A stretch of DNA of 64,000 nt. Origin: Trichoplax adhaerens (Eukaryota > Animalia > Placozoa). Numbering within the stretch: position 1 is the stretch's first letter; each line of letters starts with the position of its first letter. Below the pieces are notes generated by a model, which was not told the origin of the DNA, searched no databases, and saw only the letters and a program-made list of their open reading frames with translations. This document shows, piece after piece, positions 55,568-64,000 of the stretch. The position numbers were made by a program, and so were the translations under genes. The DNA is taken from positions 186,001 to 250,000 of the forward strand of contig NW_002060972.1 of NCBI RefSeq assembly GCF_000150275.1, written 5' to 3'.

Positions 55568-55780
55568 AAGGTTCTTATTCAGCTGGCCGACTTCCGACAT
55601 GCTATAGTTATGAAAAATAAACTGTAGAACTTCTATATTAATTGCAGTAGAATGATATCCTAATAACAGACATTTGTAATGCTATGCTCTATAAGGGTAT
55701 TTCTATGCAATGCCCTCTGTTAAGAACAAAGTACTCTAAAAAATGTTTTTATTATTATTTTATGTAATCACTACAAATTA

Positions 55781-56735
55781 TTGAATAAAGGAATGGTATC
55801 AATCCTTACAATTAATTTTTAGGTAGTGCAGTCTATACATCAAACTTACTAACTGTTTAAGTTGTATCGGTTTAGAAGGCAGCATATCAGACCAATCACA
55901 TTAATCTCCTTCAAGGAGGTAACCTCGATTGATCTGGTGCGTGCGCCGTTCTAAGACAAGTACGTCAGTATAGCATTGTAAAGTCTCATGGTAGTTTCTC
56001 CTTGTAAGCAAGCTGGAGTTAAAATTCCTTTATAATTGGCCCGATACTCTAATGTGAACAGAAATATTTAATCAACAGTATGCTGGAATACTGCCAAGTA
56101 GCACCACTTAAAATCAACTGCAATAAGAAAACTTGGCACTATAAATAAAGTAGCTAAAAGTATAGTATAATTCACAAAACACATTAAACATTTATCAGCG
56201 TACTTTTACGTCCAAGAGTACATTTAATGGCAAACACTGCATCAGTTGCTCCAAGAAAACATGGCTCTGAAAGTTCTTGAATAAAGGAATGGTATCATTA
56301 GAATTATTTTTAGTTTGTGCAAATCTGCATCTTGTCCTTCTAATTGTTGAGTCACTTTATTAAACTTTAAATTAGACCAGTTGCATTGTCCCTTTCAACG
56401 GAATTACCTTAATTGATCTGGTTCGCATGCCATTCTAAAACAAATACGTGACTGTGGCATTGTAAATTCTCTTGGTAGATTCTCCACGCAATCAAAGCTG
56501 TAGTTGAAACTCATTTATAGCTGACCCAACATTACAATATAAGTAGAAATATCTAATTTACAGTATGCTGGAATACTATTAGCACTACTTTATCAACTGT
56601 GATGAGATAACTTGACAGTACAAAGATAGCAGCTAAAAGCGAAGGTTTATTTAGAAAACGCCTTGAACATTTATCAGCATATTTTTGACGTCCGAAAGTA
56701 CATTTAATAGTATTAACTTAATCAGTTGCACAAAA
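55781..56735. repeat. Tandem duplication of a unit of about 495 bp, probably a decayed minus-strand coding segment
   Basis: Both units start ttgaataaaggaatggtatca (55781 and 56277) and share ttgatctggt, gcattgtaaa, cagtatgctggaatact and aacatttatcagc. Stops occur in the best reading frame. Confidence 0.75.
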
Positions 56736-57059
56736 AAATTTTCTGTAATAGGAAACAACTACAAGTAAGAGAACATATTCTGGAGTGAATTATGGTTAAT
56801 ACTGGTCATGAAATTAACAGCTTCCGAGAAAAATACTTGCTACAGCACTTTTGTCGATAATAAAGTTTAGGAAAAAAATTAATGCAACAGTAACGTAAAA
56901 TGTTACGTATTCCGATTATATTATAAAGCAGGCAGTTTCATAAAAGATTTTTGATATTTTACCCATAATTTAATTAATGGAGTATTGTTCATAAAGCTAA
57001 CCTATACAAGAATTATTGAATTTAATCATAGAATTACCGTAAATACTATAAATAACTGA

Positions 57060-58750
57060 TGATGATGCCTCTTCAAACCTTATTAAGAACTTTTTGAAAA
57101 TAAAGATTTCGAGCTCGAATGGAAAAGTCAACCATCTCGGTTTACTGAAGTTTTATAAAATGAATGAAGAAGCTCTATGGAACAACGAAAAGAAGTTTTT
57201 TTAAAGTGCTAAAGAAGGAAGTATCGTTTACTAAATGTTGCAAAGTGCTTACGGGTATGCCTTGGAAGGCTTTGTTGTGTGAGCGTCGACTATATTACAC
57301 TTAATTTCCCAGAGTTTTTGTAAGTACTCTACTTACACCTACGATCATAATTACCAAATACGATAAGAAATTCTTATGAGTGTCGATAATGTACTCGTGT
57401 TTCTTAAATGACTAGTTTTATTTTTACTCAATAAGTATGCTGAGATAAATAATACGTACTTTTCCGGTAAATATAATTATTTTGGTAATTATTCTTAGCG
57501 CTTTTACAGTTGTAAGAAATCTTCTATCAATCGACATTAGCTCTTAACTACTAATAAGCATACTGTGCTGATTTCTAGTTAACCCAATGTACGAATATAT
57601 TAAAGTTTCATAAAGAATTGAATTTACTGAAGGATGCTTTAGGCGCTTTTTAAGGATTAAATTGTGGTAGCGTTCAACTTAATTGGCCTGAAAGTAAGCC
57701 TACGATAATTAATTAATAAAATTATTTCTAATTAAGGGTAAAAAAATAGCATTAATATCTCTTTAATTGAAATTATCGTTATTTCAAATTCTCAATTTAG
57801 ATCGATAAAACTACTCTATTGATAGATTTTACGTTAATACTTCAGTAACAGTTTCATATTTCAGAAGGACAGGTAAAATATTAGTATTTAAGCTACAAAA
57901 GTTAAATCTTTATTTACTTTTGTTAATTTATCTACTGCAATCATAAATGTCATCATTTGTTTGGCACTTAATCAAGTATATTCTAAGGCCTAGTGTAGCT
58001 TGTTACGAACTTCTCAACGTCGAAATACCTGCACTTGCAAATTTAATTCAGACTAAGGATGAAAGTTTAACTACAGAAAATGTTTTAATAATTGCTGAAG
58101 ATATAGCACGAGCTATCCAGTCCTTGCATGCTAACTCTATAAGCTATGGAAGCAATAATGCAGATTCTATTCTCGCTTTCATTCCTGCTCAGTTGAATTG
58201 ATTTCATATTGGATTTATCCAATTTAAATAAATCATCAAAAACACGTTAACTATTTATAGCATTATATCGATGATGAATGTAGAACTACTATCAAATACA
58301 GTGAAATCCATAACACTGATGCTAATCAATTTCATCCACGTACTTAAAATTACCACTAATTATCTATCTGATTATGTAATTGGCTATTATAACATGAATT
58401 TATTTGTAGCGTAATTTCAAGTTAATGACATATCAAGATACAGTAGTTTGGCTATACAAAATGTTATTATCTGGTACTATATTCCAATTTGCAGTTTCAG
58501 TTATTTAGTCTGTAGTATTTAAAATGATCGCTGCTGGATGAGGCTACTGAACTTAATCATATGAATGAGGGTAGAATCAGCCTTTTCCGTTCTAAATACT
58601 ATATGAAATGCTATACTTGTAGTTTACTAAATCCTATAAAGCTACGTCAAGTGCCGCTTAATCTTTCCCCAAACCTTATTGTCGTAGACTACTTCCTGAC
58701 AAAGTTTATAAATCTGATGAATTTGTTGGAATAAGGCCTGATGATGATTG
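57060..58750 (+). pseudogene. Protein kinase-like (TK/TKL) pseudogene or pseudokinase fragments
   Basis: LIIAEDIARAIQSLHANSISYGSNNADSIL matches subdomain VIa with a degenerate catalytic loop. A frameshifted P..VY.L...CW motif lies near 58690-58735. Stops occur in the flanking pieces. Confidence 0.55.
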
Positions 58751-59099
58751 AATTACTATAGCATATAAGTTTTCCATACTTGTAAGTACGATAAAGTATA
58801 ATATTTCCTATACTGTAACACTCAAACACTATGAACATCAGCACTTCCATAAAATCTATAATTGCAGTTAACGTGATGCCGTAACACTCGGATAACTGCT
58901 ATACAGATTTTGCAATTACGCTGTAATTTCAAAACGTTTAGTAGTATACGACACTCTGCGATTAAGCCTGTCCATGACTCATTCATACCCTGAATTTTCG
59001 ATTGGTTAGGAAGTCATCTTGTTTAGATATTTCTGATGCGTGTATCATTAATATTCGTGCTTAATTGGATCAACAATATTTATTACTATATATTTAGAA

Positions 59100-59615
59100 G
59101 CATCCAATTAGCTCTATGATTACGATAAATTCGAACATTAGTAAAACTTAAAATTATTATGTATAAAGTTTGGAGCAATAACGAGATGGCAATTTCTGCG
59201 AGTCTATTAACAAATCTATTACGGTTAAACTATGTCTTTCTTAAATTTTCGATAAAGTCATGATTTTCATTTATATGATTGATTAATTTCAAACTTTGTT
59301 ACTCTTTTTTACAGCAGAATATTGCCTTAAGATACCTTACTTGTGCTAACACTAATTCCTTAATGAATTGTATAGAATCAGTCAGCTAAGGCGTCATCGA
59401 GCAATTTTACGAAAGCTCAGTTTATTCACAAAAATAAGGACAAAATCTTATCCCGTCACTTGATGCAATGCTGCAAGATTTGGCTAAATTAGTTCAATTT
59501 TATGGCATTATGGTATCGCACTGCAGGTAAGGGTTGGAAACAGATGCCGTTGCTGAAAACGGAAAAATTTAGAGAACCTTTGGCAAAAGTGGATGATGGC
59601 AGAAAAAGCGCTTAG
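59100..59615 (+). pseudogene. Second decayed copy of the 34200-34716 fragment
   Basis: DNA and protein align with 34200-34716, with an in-frame TAA and TAG. Confidence 0.55.
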
Positions 59616-60364
59616 TTTTATCTGAAAATTAGTCATAGCTACAGCACAATATCTCCTATGCTTATTCAAGCATTCGCATTTAGTGAAAAAGGCAATTTCT
59701 ATAATAGTTATAAATATATTCCACCAATTTAAATGCATATCAGTTACAGTCAAGCACAATAATAAAATCTTGCTAACCACCTAAAATAAGTCATAAGATT
59801 CACTAATTTGAAATTAATACAATATTGGAATATAGTGTTTCCGTACTCTACTGTCAATTTGATTAAAATAAATGGTTACAAAAATGCAAATAGAACTATG
59901 CACTACAGTCAATGATAGCTTCGTAAAGTAACTGTTTCATCTTTCTCGAAAATCTCTTGCGGAACATTCTCTTTATTAAATCTACATTGAATTTAGTTAA
60001 CAAAAAAATCATTAGGATTTCGATTAGAGTGATAAAAGGTTTTTACTGTATATCATTTACTCAAGCAAATCACGAATAACGCGATCTTATTCAATTTCCT
60101 TCATAATTATTTACACTGTAATGTAGTAAAAAACTGAAAGTAGAGTTCTTTATAGCTTTAGTATGAAACTATTATTATTTTACTATAGAAAATACTAGAA
60201 AGTGATAGTATCTTCAAGTTTTACTCTACCAAATCATGGTGTCTCATCTTTTCTTTTTCGCTATTTTACACGGTACAGTATAGATTACTATAGGAATAGC
60301 CTAAGAGCAATCGCCTAATCTAAAGAAAGGGATTTTGATGGTCTATTGGGAATGTAAATGAATT

Positions 60365-60495
60365 TCACTCAGTATGTAAAAGAAGCCACTCGAAATTAAA
60401 TTATTAGTCTTTGGCCACAATCATACCAATGTTGCTGCATCGTATAAAAATCTGGGAAATACGTATAAAAATCAAGGCAAGTATGAAGAGGCTAA
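60365..60495 (+). pseudogene. Single kinesin-light-chain/nephrocystin-3-type TPR repeat remnant
   Basis: Translation SM*KKPLEIKLLVFGHNHTNVAASYKNLGNTYKNQGKYEEAK. Confidence 0.75.
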
Positions 60496-61548
60496 ATTAC
60501 TTAGTTGGCATTTTGCTCCTTAAAATCTTGTGTTACATGAACAAGGATAATCGGTTTGGCTGGTAATGTATCGTCCAATCTCGCCAGAAGTGGATCGACA
60601 ATGGTCTAAAATGGATTCAGTTATAATAGTAAATGTTTGGGGCTACTTAAAATTAAAATTCTTATTTGCATGACGTAGAATTTTAGCTAAATGTTATATT
60701 AAATTGATTATTATCATTGAGTAGGATTTGTATACTTAATTGGCATTTTGATTCATCACATACAATTTCACAACGACATCGGAAACTGTTTGGTAGCAGT
60801 ACATTCACCATTTTAGCAAGAATTTGGAAGGCACGGTGGTAAGCAAAGCATTCACCAGTGGCTAGTTCATGCCATCGAAAAATATAACGTGAATTATCGC
60901 TGCACTACAAAACCACTGGAAATGGGCCGAGAAATGAAAGTGTCTTACGAATATGATACAAATTCATTTTATTTCATTATTACGGCAATGTGGTAAGTTG
61001 TAGGTCCGCGCTAATCGAATCTTTTTAAGCAAATCATCGTTTCACGCAACGACCACTAGCAATGGGCAGGAAACGTAAGCACACATGTCTTTCGAACATA
61101 TCCGACCAGAAATCGACAAATTTACCGAATTAATTTCTCATGAAGCTAAGTTACTTTTAGAAGAAATTTATTACGGGAGTTATTACATGTTCTTTAACGC
61201 AATTACGTCAAGTAACTACCTGATTTGAACTGCAAATTTCGAACGTAAAAACGGAAAAAGGTATACAGTTTTCTAAAATGCTCTGACTAGCACAAAGTGA
61301 TTTGCATTCATAATAGTCAACTCAAATGATAAAAATCGTCGATAGTAAAGAAATAATGATCAACTATACGCAAAGCAGGATGAATTTTAATATTGTCTAC
61401 TATTTGCACTACATACGATAGTCATTCAACTAGAAGTTGCAAGATCTCATCATTAGTTATTAAATTCGCCTATTTTCTCAAGTGAGCTTTCCAAAGTCTC
61501 ATATCGATCAACTATTTTATACATTAGTGTAAGGTAAAATAAATTAAT

Positions 61549-61805
61549 TAGTCTACTCAGTCTATTCAATATTTGTCAGAGTACGGTAGCAATAGTAATT
61601 TAAGATTTAAGGCTTTTGTAACATTGTAATTGTAACGTTTTTTATTGTGAGAAAAAATAAATCCGTCTATTTCGCAATTAAGCTCTTCCAAGTCTCTTAT
61701 CAATTATTTATTTTGTGTATTGGAGTAATGTAAAAGCTGTGAGCTAGTCTACTAAAATCTGTTCAATATTTGTCAGGGTACAATAGCAATGATAATTTAA
61801 GATCT
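61549..61805 (+). repeat. About 60-bp imperfect direct repeat
   Basis: tagtctact...tct.ttcaatatttgtcag.gtac..tagcaat..taatttaagat occurs at about 61549 and 61745. Confidence 0.7.
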
Positions 61806-62790
61806 CGATAAATCTATTTAAGATGTGATAGTGATTATCCCAAAATAACCGGAATGTAGATACATATAAGAACAGCTACCGAGCCGTAAAGCAACTCTGG
61901 TTATATCTTGGTTGTACTCTTAATCAAAATTTTATGCTGGCACATGGTCATGCCAACAGCACGCTACATACAGTACTGTGTCAGCTTATCCTTTCCATAT
62001 TTTCCTCATGGGTAGAATAAAGTATCAACATACAAAGCAATCTATCAATTTTTCAATACACTTTTAATAGCTCCTATATTAATCTACCTTATGTTTGCAG
62101 CAATAAGCCAATAATGTAGAGAATCGACTATGCACATGCAAATATGCAGAATCGCGCTGAATATTTCAACCCAGAATATGAAACTTCAAGCAATACTTTA
62201 TTTAAGCCTTTTAATAATTAGTGATGTGTTACAATATAGCAAATTCCAATTCATTGGATTAGAAGGATTGTTTAACCTGCTAATACATCATAGACAATCA
62301 CTTAATGATCATTATACTAATAATAATTAATTCATTATCGTAGCAGCTGGCAAAATGAGATCAAAATGCGCAGCCTATCAAAATTTCTTTTCTTGAAATA
62401 GGATTTGTAAGTTTAAGCTAATCAAATTGTTTAAGCCATTTAGGTCCATTGTAAAGTCCCTTTTAGTAAGATACTTTCAATTTAAAATATGCTATCCTAA
62501 AGGTGATAAAGGCAAAGTGAATATGAACATTTAATCTCAACTTTAATTTCGACAATATCATTGTTATGACTCATGAATCTAAGAAAATTGCAGTACCGGT
62601 CGAACGATGATATGTTCATTTGGGAGGTTATTAGCTATACACCGTTTAAAAAAATAATAATGTTATTGTATGTTTTTGCACATCTTAACATTATAAAATT
62701 AACCAGCAACGATTCTTATTCTATCAACTTCCCTTTAAATTAGATAAAATATCATCAAGTAATAATAATTACAACTAAACTCATTCTTAC

Positions 62791-63987
62791 CGTTGTTATT
62801 TGAGTTGCATCCCAAATCCAAACACCTCCAATTTCCGGCTGGACTGCACTTACTGTTAAAAAGATAAAATATTAGATATTGTAAACCCATACCATCGCAA
62901 GACTATCTGAAATCTTCAACTATTAATGAGTAGACTGAAAAGCTCTGCTCGCATTTAAACAGTTTATCTTAATGCTAACTAATTTAGTGAAGGTGAATAA
63001 ATAAATTGGCAAATTTACTTACCATCTGTGGCACAAACCAATGAGTTTTACAGTATTTACTGGGAATTTCTTATTTTGGTATTCACACGTATTGGTTTCT
63101 ATAATCAAATCAAGTATTCTTCTTTTAAAAATGCCAATAAATATTACTTGAATCCACTTATAGACTAACGTAGATATTGAATCGGGTAATGTGAAGTAAA
63201 TTTTGAATTTTAACCTCAATACATAATAATAGTTAAAATCAGCCTAGTCTATTACTCAAAAGCTCCAGTCATAATTGACAAATTGTGGAAAATAAATATC
63301 TACTAATTGTCAGTTTTCTACTTCTATTCTACACAATGAAATAGAAATACTAGTTTCTAAACAGTATCAAATCTTAGTGACCCATAGCTTACCTAATGGG
63401 CAAGGTTTATTGGTACAGACATATTTTCCATCATTACATTTGCTAAAATTAAACGAATCATAGTACATAGATATATTAAATAATAACAGTAATACTAGTA
63501 TCCATTTAATTCATCCAAATCTAGCTTTAGCCTACGTATAACTTACCACTTTTCGCACTTCTTTTCCTCAACATGGCCATGGGGGATAATTTGACCATTA
63601 GTCAGAGTGCAGTTTTGGAATTCTATTCAAATCGATGATATTTTAGCTCAAACTTGCTTGTTAACGACATTCATTTTAATCACATTATAAGATGAAGGCT
63701 ACTAGTAGGATTACGAGCAAAAGGAACGTACTTGGTTTTAAGCATTCAGAATTCACATTGCATTTCCATTGGCCATCATTCATGCAAGTACTATTTCGAA
63801 AATAATTTTATACAATTATTACTCATAGTCGCTTCAACAAAGGTATAAAATGATGGCATTGCAGATTGATATAGCATCAGAATGGTGAATTGTAATTTTA
63901 TTCGTTACCATTGACGGCATTTTTCTTCCATCTTATAACCAGTTGGAACTTGTTGACTTCCAAGAGCACAAGTTACATTACGTGGAA
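62791..63987 (-). CDS. Part of a gene with tandem short VWC-like Cys-rich domains; starts beyond the window, 3' end unresolved
   Basis: Six exons give three repeats, each split by a phase-2 intron inside a Cys codon: TCALGSQQVPTGYKMEEKCRQC|TCMNDGQWKC...C, NCTLTNGQIIPHGHVEEKKCEKC|KCNDGKYVCTNKPC and TCEYQNKKFPVNTVKLIGLCHRC|KCSPAGNWRCLDLGC. Confidence 0.75.
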
Positions 63988-64000
63988 CTGAAATAGAACA

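Noticed and set aside
53188-55600. Several minus-strand ORFs overlapping delta-COP
   Set aside because: They are antisense shadows of conserved ARCN1 exons.
1-64000. Prokaryotic-type features (operons, CRISPR arrays, rRNA/tRNA genes, defence systems)
   Set aside because: The sequence is spliced eukaryotic DNA. I saw no regularly spaced repeat-spacer array and no recognisable structural RNA.

Overview
This is AT-rich, intron-rich eukaryotic DNA. Compact GT-AG introns, an Apaf-1-like gene cluster and a 'GHNHxxVAxSYxNLGNxYxxQGKYEEA' TPR remnant point to an early-branching animal, most likely a placozoan such as Trichoplax (inference). Most ORF-track entries are partial exons or noise, so I built gene models by hand from splice sites and exon phases. 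The left 38 kb is a fast-turnover, immune-like region. It holds two paralogous EGF + uromodulin-type D8C genes (one ending in a fibrinogen/intelectin-like domain), three Apaf-1-like loci, two solo LTRs with 5-bp TSDs and several decayed duplicated exons. The Apaf-1-like loci are an NB-ARC pseudogene, a 3' WD40 remnant, and an apparently open 18-exon CARD-WHD-HD2-WD40 gene that lacks the whole nucleotide-binding domain. The right part holds a divergent Ndc80/Hec1-like gene (-), a MITE-like foldback, a clear MZB1/pERp1 ortholog (+) and delta-COP/ARCN1 (+). After these come kinase and TPR remnants and a tandem-VWC gene (-) that runs off the window end. The top finding is the NBD-less Apaf-1-like gene.
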